Below are positions 48,204-57,363 of a stretch of DNA of 64,000 nucleotides, one piece after another; the stretch's first letter is position 1, and every line of letters begins with the position of its first letter. A model generated the notes under the pieces. The model did not search any database. It was given only the letters and a program-made list of their open reading frames with translations, and was not told the origin of the DNA. The translations under genes and the position numbers were made by a program. Origin of the DNA: an uncultured Bryobacter sp. (GTDB lineage Bacteria > Acidobacteriota > Terriglobia > Bryobacterales > Bryobacteraceae); the NCBI GenBank assembly GCA_964494515.1, contig CAZBTA010000001.1:14408-78407 (forward strand). Reading direction: 5' to 3'.

Positions 48204-49610
48204 CCCCTTCCGGCGCACCACTACAAACACTTCATCGCGATAGATCTCCTCATACTCGCGCTTGAGCAGCTCATCCACATACCGCGCCACCTCCGGCTCC
48301 CGCACGCGCGCCTGCTCGAGCCACTCGCGCTGCCAGGCCCGCGTCACAATCACGTCCGCCTTGCGCCCCGTGTAGTACCCCAGCCGCACATCATCTCTGA
48401 GCCGCCCCTCAAACCCCACCACAAACGCAAACTCCCCCGGCCCCGTGATCGTCGCCTGCGGATACTGCCGCAACACCGCCGCCACCCGCTCATAGCTCTC
48501 CCGCCCCTTACCCTCAAACTGCGACACCACCCCCACCACCACAAGCAACGCCACCGCCACCCTCGGGCGGTATCCATCCCACAACGCCACCACCAACACA
48601 CATGCAAGCACCGGCACCAGATGCAACAGATAATTCGCCAGCTTCAACCCCTCAAACCACCAGAAGAACACCACATGCCACGCCGCAAGCCACACCACCA
48701 ACCCGCGCTTCTGTCGCACCACCACCCACACCAGCCCCGCCCCATACGCCCACACAAACCACTGCGCCCACTCCCCGCCAATACTCTGCAAGTACCGCTT
48801 GCTCACCTCTCGCCCAATCCCCAGCCATGGCTGGTCAAGCACACTGAATCGCCCCTGCCCGCCATACTCACCCGCCAGCCCTGACACATTCCCGCCCAGC
48901 TGCCGCGCGTACATCGCCCAGTCTTGCCCCGCCCACATCGCCCACGGCACACCACACACTACATACGGCGCCACGCGCCACGCCCACCGCTGCCCCAGCC
49001 CGCCCCACCACCACTCCAGCACCACGAGATCCACCGCATACACCAAGCCACACGGATGCGTCAGCCCGCTCAGCGCCACCCCCAGATGCCCCGCCGCCAC
49101 GGCCCACTCTGGCCTGCTCCCGCGCCACCACACATACCCCGCCAGCCCCGCCACGCCCCACATCGCGCACAACGCATCCATCCGCCCATTCGCCACAAAC
49201 GCCGTCAGGTGCAGATCCACCGCCAGCACCACCATCACCGCCGTCGCCATCCGCCAGCTCGCGAGCAGTCGCCACGCCACCAGTCCCCATCCCACCAACA
49301 CCCCCAGCCCGGCTAACACCGATACCGCCCGCATCTCCCCCAGTCCAAATCCCACCAGCCGAAACCACATCCCCTTCACCACCAAATCCACCGGCATCAC
49401 CCAGTAGTAATGCTGCTCCAGCCCTTCCATCCACGTCCCCCGGCTCTCGAGCAACCCCGACCGCAGCCGCCCCTCCTCCGCCAGATGCCGCGCCGCATCC
49501 CCAAACCACGCCTCGTTTGAGATCGGCATCATCACCCACGCCTGCCGCCCTGCCAAAAGCAAAAAAGCCAGCATGGCGATGGCAGGCCACACTAGCTTTT
49601 TCATCTGCAA
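48189..49610 (-). CDS. Polytopic membrane protein, GT-C fold glycosyltransferase-like (GT39/ArnT-like)
   Basis: 473 aa with many Trp/Leu-rich TM segments. After TM1 comes PISNEAWFGDAARHLAEEG, which resembles the DE-x-x-Y-A-x-x-A-R loop of the ArnT/PMT family. A soluble C-terminal domain is present. Confidence 0.45.
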   Translation of the reverse strand: MQMKKLVWPAIAMLAFLLLAGRQAWVMMPISNEAWFGDAARHLAEEGRLRSGLLESRGTWMEGLEQHYYWVMPVDLVVKGMWFRLVGFGLGEMRAVSVLAGLGVLVGWGLVAWRLLASWRMATAVMVVLAVDLHLTAFVANGRMDALCAMWGVAGLAGYVWWRGSRPEWAVAAGHLGVALSGLTHPCGLVYAVDLVVLEWWWGGLGQRWAWRVAPYVVCGVPWAMWAGQDWAMYARQLGGNVSGLAGEYGGQGRFSVLDQPWLGIGREVSKRYLQSIGGEWAQWFVWAYGAGLVWVVVRQKRGLVVWLAAWHVVFFWWFEGLKLANYLLHLVPVLACVLVVALWDGYRPRVAVALLVVVGVVSQFEGKGRESYERVAAVLRQYPQATITGPGEFAFVVGFEGRLRDDVRLGYYTGRKADVIVTRAWQREWLEQARVREPEVARYVDELLKREYEEIYRDEVFVVVRRKGLLAP

Positions 49611-49626
49611 GAACCCGGGTTCCTCG

Positions 49627-49785
49627 CTACTTCTTCTGATTCTTCTTCCAGCCGAGGTAAGCCATAACGCCCAGCCCGGCCCCCATCAGCACCATCGACG
49701 CCGGCTCCGGCACCGGCTCCGGCACATTGTCTCCCGCCAGCATCACCAGCGGTAAAAACAGCGAAAGTCCCAGCAAATTACGCAT
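49627..49785 (-). CDS. 52-aa mini PEP-CTERM protein, copy 1
   Basis: MRNLLGLSLFLPLVMLAGDNVPEPVPEPASMVLMGAGLGVMAYLGWKKNQKK. GGAG lies 8 nt upstream of the ATG at 49785. The track ORF 49627-49848 extends it artificially. Confidence 0.7.
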   Translation of the reverse strand: MRNLLGLSLFLPLVMLAGDNVPEPVPEPASMVLMGAGLGVMAYLGWKKNQKK

Positions 49786-49819
49786 CGATTCCACTCCAGT
49801 CGTTCCAGCAATCCAAATG

Positions 49820-49860
49820 AAAAGGCCAGCATGGCGAAGGCAGGCCATGCTGGCTTTTCT
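49820..49860 (-). terminator. Intrinsic (bidirectional-looking) terminator after mini PEP-CTERM copy 2
   Basis: An 11-bp perfect stem GCCAGCATGGC (49825-35) / GCCATGCTGGC (49844-54), flanked by an A-run and a T-run. Confidence 0.7.
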
Positions 49861-49891
49861 GTTTCAAGAAACCTTGAGCTTCCGTCTCACT

Positions 49892-50050
49892 CTACTTCTT
49901 CTGGTTCTTCTTCCAGCCCAGATAAGCCATGGCGCCAAGCCCGGCTCCCATCAGCACGATCGAGGCTGGCTCCGGCACCGGCTCAATATTGCTATCGAGC
50001 GCCAGCAGCGCCATGGGCATCAGAAACAAGAGTCCAATTTGAGTACGCAT
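49892..50050 (-). CDS. 52-aa mini PEP-CTERM protein, copy 2
   Basis: Too short for the ORF track. The reverse strand encodes MRTQIGLLFLMPMALLALDSNIEPVPEPASIVLMGAGLGAMAYLGWKKNQKK. GGAG lies 8 nt upstream. Confidence 0.7.
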   Translation of the reverse strand: MRTQIGLLFLMPMALLALDSNIEPVPEPASIVLMGAGLGAMAYLGWKKNQKK

Positions 50051-50117
50051 CCATTCCGCTCCTTTGATTGGAATAGAGGCAGTTTAACGGAAATTCAGGA
50101 AAAATGGTACTAAAGTT

Positions 50118-51128
50118 CTAGAGCTCCGCCAGTGCCGCCACCAGCGCGCCCTTGGCCGTCGAGTTCAGCGGCGTGCTCGCCATGCGGATCTCGCTCAGCG
50201 GCAGCGGGAATTCCGACTCACGCAGCAGCTTCTCAAACCGGTCGCGGAACCCGCGCGGCATCGCCGTTCCACCCGACAACACCATCGGCACCGGCTTGCC
50301 CATCTTCGGGATGTTGCGCGAATTCGAGAACGCTTCCTTCAGCCCCGACACCACCGCCCGGATCACTTCGTCGTAATAGACGTTGATCACCTGATGCAGC
50401 TTGTCGCTGATCTGGCCACTGATCTGGAAGTCCTCTTCCTTCGCCAGACGAATGCGCGTCGTCAGCTCGCCCGTCACCGTCGACGTCGAGGCGTCGATGT
50501 AGTCGCCCGCCTTGGCCACGCTAAAGCTCACCACCGGCACCGCCAGGTAGCTGAGACACACGTTCACCAGGCCGCCGCCAAAGCTGATGCCCACGCCCGA
50601 GTAATTCGTTTCTTCCAACTCGCTGAACACCACCGCCAGCCCTTCATTGATCGGCGTCGGCTCGCAGTCGAGCTCACGCAGGATCTGCGCGATCGAGGCG
50701 TCATGATAGGTCAGGTTCTCTTCGGCGCCCAGCGGTGCCGCCGGCACGCTGTAGTACACCGGCAGCCCCGGCCGCCGTTCGCCTTCCAGCAGGTTCTCGA
50801 TCAGCTGCTTCAGCATGATCGCGTTCTGCGGCTCGCTCGGGTTCAGCACGCCCCGGTTCATCGGGCGGCGCGATTCCATCTGCAACAGGTCGGCAAACCG
50901 CGAGCTCTCATTGCCCGGCACGATAATTGTCTTCTGCAGGTTGTCGCCCACCACCACATAGGGCACACCTTCCCGCTTCAGGCTCGCCTCGGTCATCTTC
51001 GACCACGGCACCTCAACAAAGGCATTCAGCTGCGTCTTGAATTGAAACTCATCTCCGTGCTGGCTGGCGGCCACAATGCGGCTCGTGCCGACGTCGAGGC
51101 CGATGGCCGGAGTATTGGAAGTTCTCAT
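50118..51128 (-). CDS. Actin-fold ATPase (MamK/ParM/MreB superfamily, closest in feel to MamK/Alp-type)
   Basis: 336 aa. Phosphate-1 is IGLDVGTSRIV. RRPMNRGVL is comparable to MamK RYPLQDGVL. Phosphate-2 is GISFGGGLVNV. The adenosine motif is MVLSGGTAMPRGF. The C-terminus contains NSTAKGALVAA. Confidence 0.7.
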   Translation of the reverse strand: MRTSNTPAIGLDVGTSRIVAASQHGDEFQFKTQLNAFVEVPWSKMTEASLKREGVPYVVVGDNLQKTIIVPGNESSRFADLLQMESRRPMNRGVLNPSEPQNAIMLKQLIENLLEGERRPGLPVYYSVPAAPLGAEENLTYHDASIAQILRELDCEPTPINEGLAVVFSELEETNYSGVGISFGGGLVNVCLSYLAVPVVSFSVAKAGDYIDASTSTVTGELTTRIRLAKEEDFQISGQISDKLHQVINVYYDEVIRAVVSGLKEAFSNSRNIPKMGKPVPMVLSGGTAMPRGFRDRFEKLLRESEFPLPLSEIRMASTPLNSTAKGALVAALAEL

Positions 51129-52357
51129 TTGGTCTCCTCGCGAGAATTGGAATCTGCTTCCGCGCTGGCCGACGCCTTGTTGCCCTCGGGTAGCAACGCG
51201 CTCAGCCGGCGGTATTGACTGCGCAACTGGTTCTTCAACTGCGCTACTGATATCGACTCCTGCTGCGCCCGCTCGCGCAACAGGTCCTCACTGCCTACAA
51301 CACCGTTCCACATCCGGGCGCCCGTAGCGGCAAAGAACGTCCCGTCGTAGTTAAACCCAAACAGATACAGGCTCCCCAGCGGCTGCGCATAGTTGTCCGG
51401 CAGCCCCATGGCTTCAAAGGGAAAATTCCCCGCCCAATCCGTGTGATACCCGATCTGCCAGTTGCTCGGATTGATTGACACCTGCGCATGCGTCACACAG
51501 TTCTGCGCCTTGATGCCATAGCGCGAACGCAACATCCGCGTCAGCATCCGGCCACTGTCCACCTGCGCCTGCGAGATGATCGGCGCCTCGTCTCCCGGCC
51601 GCGTCTGCGTCTCAAACGAGATCGCGAGAAACGAATCATTCAGCCCGATATACGCCCACTGGTCGTCGGCCCACGTCGATTTGCCCGCGTGGTTGGCCGC
51701 GTCCGTCTCGGCCACAATGCGATACACCCGCCCAAAGCGGTCGATCACATAGTGATACGCCTTTTCCTTCTGCACATAGCTCAACAGCGATTGCCCCAGC
51801 AGCTTCAGCCGCCGCAGCTTCTGCTCCTCAAGCTCCTCCAGCGTGCTCTCCGTCGTGTGAAACACAATCCCCGCCGGCTGCCGCGACGGCAATTGCGTCA
51901 GCGTTGAATTCGGCTCTTTCCGGTTCCACACGTAGTATTCCCGCGGACGGTTCGTCGTCGCATACTTCGTCTGCACATGCAGCCCGTTCGACCAGCTCTC
52001 AATCCCGTCCCGCGAATCCACCAGATACACCTTCTCCAGCGGCGCCTCCGGCCGTGCCTTCGCCGCCACCGGCGTCCCAACGCCCTGTGGCAAAACGTCC
52101 GCGTTTGCCGCTCTCGGCGACACACTTTGCGAACGAAATAGCGACATCGTCGGAATCATCAACAGAAATCCAATCGCCAGCCAGAACTTCCCACTCCGCA
52201 ACCACCAATACTGCGGCCGGCCCAGCGCCTTCTCCACCCCACCCACGCGCTTGTCCGTATCTTTAAGAAAACGCAGCTTCGCCACCGGGTCTTCAATCTT
52301 TGAAGCCCGTGCCTCAATCATCGGATTCAGCACGTCACGCGGCTTAAGCGGGTTCAA
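51125..52357 (-). CDS. Membrane-anchored N-acetylmuramoyl-L-alanine amidase (Amidase_2/PGRP fold)
   Basis: 410 aa. It has a cytoplasmic N-terminal tail of about 50 aa, one TM segment (FWLAIGFLLMIPTMSLF), then IVFHTTES, AYHYVIDRFGRVYRIV, ANHAG, FLAISFE and CVTHAQVS, typical of the Amidase_2 fold. The stop overlaps the ATG of the actin-like gene (ATGA; AGGAG 6 nt upstream). Confidence 0.7.
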   Translation of the reverse strand: MNPLKPRDVLNPMIEARASKIEDPVAKLRFLKDTDKRVGGVEKALGRPQYWWLRSGKFWLAIGFLLMIPTMSLFRSQSVSPRAANADVLPQGVGTPVAAKARPEAPLEKVYLVDSRDGIESWSNGLHVQTKYATTNRPREYYVWNRKEPNSTLTQLPSRQPAGIVFHTTESTLEELEEQKLRRLKLLGQSLLSYVQKEKAYHYVIDRFGRVYRIVAETDAANHAGKSTWADDQWAYIGLNDSFLAISFETQTRPGDEAPIISQAQVDSGRMLTRMLRSRYGIKAQNCVTHAQVSINPSNWQIGYHTDWAGNFPFEAMGLPDNYAQPLGSLYLFGFNYDGTFFAATGARMWNGVVGSEDLLRERAQQESISVAQLKNQLRSQYRRLSALLPEGNKASASAEADSNSREETK

Positions 52358-52503
52358 GCAGCCCTACTACCTATCGAAAATCGGTGGAAACGCCATGGAA
52401 CCTTATACCCACCTTAGGCATATGTCCACGAATAGCACTAGTCTAACTGGTGCCTCGAACCAATGAAACTTCTCACCCGTTCTCGGGTTTCAAACCTGTA
52501 GAT

Positions 52504-54084
52504 ATGAAAAAGCTGATTCCACTTCTCGCCCTCACCCTCACTGTTTGGGCCGCTGCGAAGACGGCCACTGATGCGGCCCGTTTCCGCAAGAAGCTCGATC
52601 AGTCCAAGCAGGCCGAACACCTGCTCAGCCGCGCCACCTTCGGCATCCGTCCCGGCGACGTCGATGCCGCCCGCAAGCTCGGCCTCAAAAAGTGGCTCGA
52701 CCAGCAGCTCAATCCCCAATCCATCCCCGAGAACCCCGCTCTCCTTTCCACCCTCGCCGCCATGCCCACGCTCGCTCTTTCCACCGAGCGCCTGGCCATC
52801 GAGTACCCCACGCCCCAGATGATCACCGCCGTCGCTCTCGGTCGCACGGCTCTGCCCACCGATCCTGAACTCCGCGCCACCTACGAGCGCCTCGCCGCCC
52901 GCTACAAGGCCCGCATCGATCGCAAGAAGGGCGATAACGACCAGCCGCAGGAAGCCCCCGTCGATCGCTCCGAGCTTGAAGAGCGCCTCCGCCGCCGTGG
53001 CGCCCAGCTCTCCACGGCCGAGCGCAGCGATCTGCTCCGCAAGTTCGCCCCCCAGCAGGCCGTCGCCAGTGAGCTCACCGAGTCGCGCATCTATCGCGCC
53101 GTCATGAGCGAGCACCAGCTCGAAGAAGTCCTCACCGATTTCTGGTTCAACCACTTCAACGTCTATCTCGACAAAGGCGCCGATCGCTGGCTCACCACCA
53201 GCTACGAGCGCGACGCCATTCGCCCCCACGTCCTGGCCAAGTTCAAAGACCTCCTCAGCGCCACCGCTCACCACCCCGCCATGCTCTTTTACCTCGACAA
53301 CTGGCAGAGCGTCGCCCCCAACGGCCCCCAGCGCCCCCGCGCTCGCGGCATCAATGAGAATTACGCCCGCGAGTTGATGGAGCTCCACACCCTCGGCGTC
53401 GATGGCGGCTACACGCAGAAGGACGTCCAGGAAGTCGCCCGCTGCTTCACCGGCTGGACCATTGCCGAGCCCAACCGTGGCGGCCAGTTCCGCTTCGCCC
53501 CGCGCACGCATGACGATGGCGAAAAGGTCGTCCTCGGCGTCACCATCCCCGCGGGCGGCGGCATCAAGGATGGCGAGAAGGTCCTCGACATTCTCTCGCG
53601 CCACCCCTCCACCGCGCGCTACATCGCCACTCGTCTCGCCCAGCGCTTTGTGGCCGATAACCCGCCCCCCAGCCTCATCGATCAGATGGCCTCCACGTTC
53701 ACCCGCACCGATGGCGATCTCAAGGCCGTTGTCCGCACTATGTTCGAGAGCCGCGAGTTCATGAGCGAAGGCGCCTTCCACGCCAAGATCAAGTCGCCCC
53801 TCGAGATGGTCGCCGGCGCTCTCCGCGCCACCGGCGCCACGATCTCGAGCGCCATGTCCGCCTCCCAGGCCATCGCCCAGATGGGCCAGCCGCTCTATCG
53901 CAAACAGGAACCCACCGGCTATTCCAACTCCGGTGAAGACTGGCTCAACTCCGCGGGCCTGCTCGCCCGCATGAACTTTGCCATCGCCCTCAGCGAGAAC
54001 AAGCTCCCCGGCGTCACGATCGACAAAGATCGCTACGCCGCCGTGGCCCGTTCCATGGGCGCCCCCGAATGGCAGCGCCGCTAA
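52504..54084 (+). CDS. DUF1800-family protein
   Basis: The start is moved to MKKLIPLLALTLTVWAA (signal peptide). HLLSRATFGIRPGDV, FWFNHFNV and ARELMELHTLGVDGGYTQKDV are typical of DUF1800. Confidence 0.85.
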   Translation: MKKLIPLLALTLTVWAAAKTATDAARFRKKLDQSKQAEHLLSRATFGIRPGDVDAARKLGLKKWLDQQLNPQSIPENPALLSTLAAMPTLALSTERLAIEYPTPQMITAVALGRTALPTDPELRATYERLAARYKARIDRKKGDNDQPQEAPVDRSELEERLRRRGAQLSTAERSDLLRKFAPQQAVASELTESRIYRAVMSEHQLEEVLTDFWFNHFNVYLDKGADRWLTTSYERDAIRPHVLAKFKDLLSATAHHPAMLFYLDNWQSVAPNGPQRPRARGINENYARELMELHTLGVDGGYTQKDVQEVARCFTGWTIAEPNRGGQFRFAPRTHDDGEKVVLGVTIPAGGGIKDGEKVLDILSRHPSTARYIATRLAQRFVADNPPPSLIDQMASTFTRTDGDLKAVVRTMFESREFMSEGAFHAKIKSPLEMVAGALRATGATISSAMSASQAIAQMGQPLYRKQEPTGYSNSGEDWLNSAGLLARMNFAIALSENKLPGVTIDKDRYAAVARSMGAPEWQRR

Positions 54085-54108
54085 CCACGCAATCAGGAGA
54101 TCCTCACC

Positions 54109-55320
54109 ATGCCCACTCGTCGCGCCTTCATCCAGAATTCCGCCGTCGCCATGTTCGGCATCGGCGCCACTCCCCTGTGGCTCGAGCGTGCCCTCGGCGC
54201 CACCACCACCCGTAAAAAGATCTACGTCTCCATCCTCCAGCGTGGCGCCGCCGATGGCTTGAACATCGTCGTGCCCCATGGCGACAAGGCCTACTACGAG
54301 GCCCGCCCTTCGATCGCCGTGCCGCGCCCGGGCTCCGCCGATAACGCCGCCCTCGATCTCGACGGCTACTTCGGCCTCCACCCCAGCCTCAAGCCGCTGC
54401 TGCCTCTCTTCAACGACAAAAAGCTCGCCATCATCGAGGCCACCGGCAGCCCCGACCCCACCCGCAGCCACTTCGACGCGCAGGATTACATGGAATCGGG
54501 CACCCCCGGCCTCAAGTCCACTCGCGACGGCTGGCTCAATCGCGCCATCTCCGGCGCCCCGGCCACCTCGCCCATCCGAGCCGTCTCTCTCGGTCCCACG
54601 CTCGCCCGCTCCCTCCGCGGCCCCGTCCCCGCCGTTGCGCTCAACAGCGTCAAAGATTTCGGCGTCCGCGATCGCATGGCCGGCGAAGACTTCATGTCCC
54701 GCTATGCCGCCTCCACCGATACCCAGCTCCGTGGCACTGGCAAGGAGACCTTCGAGGCCATTCGTCTGCTCGATTCGCTCCGCAAGACGCCCTACGAGCC
54801 GGCAAACGGCGCCATCTACCCCAACGGCCGCCTCGGCCAAAGCCTCAAGCAGATTGCCCAGATGATCAAGGCTGACGTTGGCCTTGAGGTTGCCTTCGCC
54901 GATCTCGGCGGCTGGGATCACCACGTCAACGAGACCCCCCTGCTCACCAATCTCCTCCGCGAGTTTGGCCAGAGCCTCGCCGCCTTCACGCAGGATCTCG
55001 GCCCCCTGATGGACGACGTCGTGCTCACCACCATGAGCGAATTTGGCCGCACCGCCCGCGAGAATGGCGCTCGTGGCACCGATCACGGCCACGCCAACTT
55101 GATGTTCGCCATCGGCGGCCCCGTCGCCGGCGGCAAGGTCTACGGCCGCTGGCCCGGCCTCGAGCGCGAGCAGCTCTACGAGGGGCGCGATCTCGCCGTC
55201 ACCACCGATTTCCGCGCGGTCCTCTCCGAGGTCGTCTCCACCCACCTCGGCCAGCAAAACCTCGATCGCGTCTTCCCCGGCTTCACTTCTCGCGAACGCA
55301 TCGGGTTCCTGAAGGCATAG
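54109..55320 (+). CDS. DUF1501-family (sulfatase-fold-like) protein with Tat signal
   Basis: 403 aa. The Tat signal is MPTRRAFIQNSAVAMFG. GGWDHH, SEFGRT and GTDHGH motifs are present. Confidence 0.85.
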   Translation: MPTRRAFIQNSAVAMFGIGATPLWLERALGATTTRKKIYVSILQRGAADGLNIVVPHGDKAYYEARPSIAVPRPGSADNAALDLDGYFGLHPSLKPLLPLFNDKKLAIIEATGSPDPTRSHFDAQDYMESGTPGLKSTRDGWLNRAISGAPATSPIRAVSLGPTLARSLRGPVPAVALNSVKDFGVRDRMAGEDFMSRYAASTDTQLRGTGKETFEAIRLLDSLRKTPYEPANGAIYPNGRLGQSLKQIAQMIKADVGLEVAFADLGGWDHHVNETPLLTNLLREFGQSLAAFTQDLGPLMDDVVLTTMSEFGRTARENGARGTDHGHANLMFAIGGPVAGGKVYGRWPGLEREQLYEGRDLAVTTDFRAVLSEVVSTHLGQQNLDRVFPGFTSRERIGFLKA

Positions 55321-55348
55321 CCGCTATACTGGGCTTTGCTTTGCCCGC

Positions 55349-55996
55349 ATGCTACACGATCTGATCAAAATCTGGTTTGAATGGTCCCGCGACATGGGTT
55401 ACTGGGGCGTTTTCCTGATGATGGCCCTCGAGAGCACCATTGTCCCCGTCCCCTCTGAGATCATCATGCCCCCCGCCGGCTACTGGGCCGAGCAGGGCCA
55501 AATGTCGATCTGGGGCGTCATTCTGGCCGGTGGCTTGGGTTCCACGTTCGGCTCGAGCATCTGCTATTGGTTCTCTTACACCGTCGGCCGCGCCGTGCTC
55601 GCCCGCTATGGCAAGTGGCTGTTGCTGCCCCCCGAGCGGCTCGAGCTCGCCGAGCGCTGGCTCGCCGAATTCGCCCTCGGCGGCATCTTCCTTTCGCGCC
55701 TCTTGCCCGTGGTACGCCATCTCATCGGCTTCCCCGCCGGCTTGATCCGCGTCCCCTTTGGCAAGTTCGCTTTCATCACCTTCGTCGGCTCCACGCTCTG
55801 GTGTGGCATCCTCGCCTTTTTCGGCGCCCGCACCATCGGCCAGCAGCCCAACCTCCTTAACGATCCCAACGCCCTCACTCAGGCCGTCAAGCACAACCTC
55901 CTCTGGTTCGTTCTCCTTGTCGTTGGCCTCGGTGCTGGCTGGTTCTTTGTCCGCTGGTTCGGCCAGCGGGGCAAATTGACCGCATCTCAGAGCTAG
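55349..55996 (+). CDS. DedA-family membrane protein
   Basis: 215 aa. ALESTIVPVPSEIIMPPAGY, SRLLPVVRHLIGFPAG. Confidence 0.85.
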   Translation: MLHDLIKIWFEWSRDMGYWGVFLMMALESTIVPVPSEIIMPPAGYWAEQGQMSIWGVILAGGLGSTFGSSICYWFSYTVGRAVLARYGKWLLLPPERLELAERWLAEFALGGIFLSRLLPVVRHLIGFPAGLIRVPFGKFAFITFVGSTLWCGILAFFGARTIGQQPNLLNDPNALTQAVKHNLLWFVLLVVGLGAGWFFVRWFGQRGKLTASQS

Positions 55997-56105
55997 CGTT
56001 ACACTGTTTGATTGGTCCCTCGCCATTTTTAGCGCTTCGGGTGTGCCCGAACATCAGTCGCGGGCGGCCAGCATTTGACAACCTACCAGGAGTAGACACA
56101 ACCAA

Positions 56106-57254
<1,149 letters not shown>

Positions 57255-57272
57255 TCACATCCTCGGGATGCG

Positions 57273-57314
57273 GGGGGCGATGCCGCTTGTGGCCGGCATC
57301 GCCCCCTTGTTTTG
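57273..57314 (+). terminator. Intrinsic terminator after metK
   Basis: A 12-bp perfect stem GGGGGCGATGCC / GGCATCGCCCCC followed by TTGTTTTG. Confidence 0.8.
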
Positions 57315-57363
57315 ATCGCCACGCGAATTCATCGTAGAAGTCAAGAAAAGGCGCGCAAGTTAT

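Larger units (their letters stand above)
49556..50085 (-). repeat. Tandem duplication (about 265 bp unit): mini PEP-CTERM gene plus terminator hairpin
   Basis: The two units align along their length. This includes ctacttcttctg[a/g]ttcttcttccagcc, gccggctccggcaccggctc and the hairpin gccagcatggcga[t/a]ggcaggcca... Confidence 0.8.

Noticed and set aside
48602-49407. Pro/His/Thr-rich + strand ORFs (48602-48847, 48621-48884, 48799-49407, 48924-49316) and the Gly-rich minus ORF 48868-49590
   Set aside because: They are alternative frames of the Trp/Leu-rich membrane protein gene (48189-49610), and their composition is implausible for real proteins.
52438-55257. 939-aa minus-strand ORF, the longest non-SMC ORF in this part of the track
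   Set aside because: It is a Gly/Ala/Glu/Asp/Val-rich, low-complexity translation lying exactly antisense to the well-supported DUF1800 and DUF1501 genes. This is the typical shadow ORF of a GC-rich genome.
55997-56105. Possible SAM riboswitch in the metK leader
   Set aside because: I could not find SAM-I, SAM-II or SAM-V-like conserved cores. There is only a short TTCGGG/CCCGAA hairpin. An Infernal/Rfam scan would settle it.
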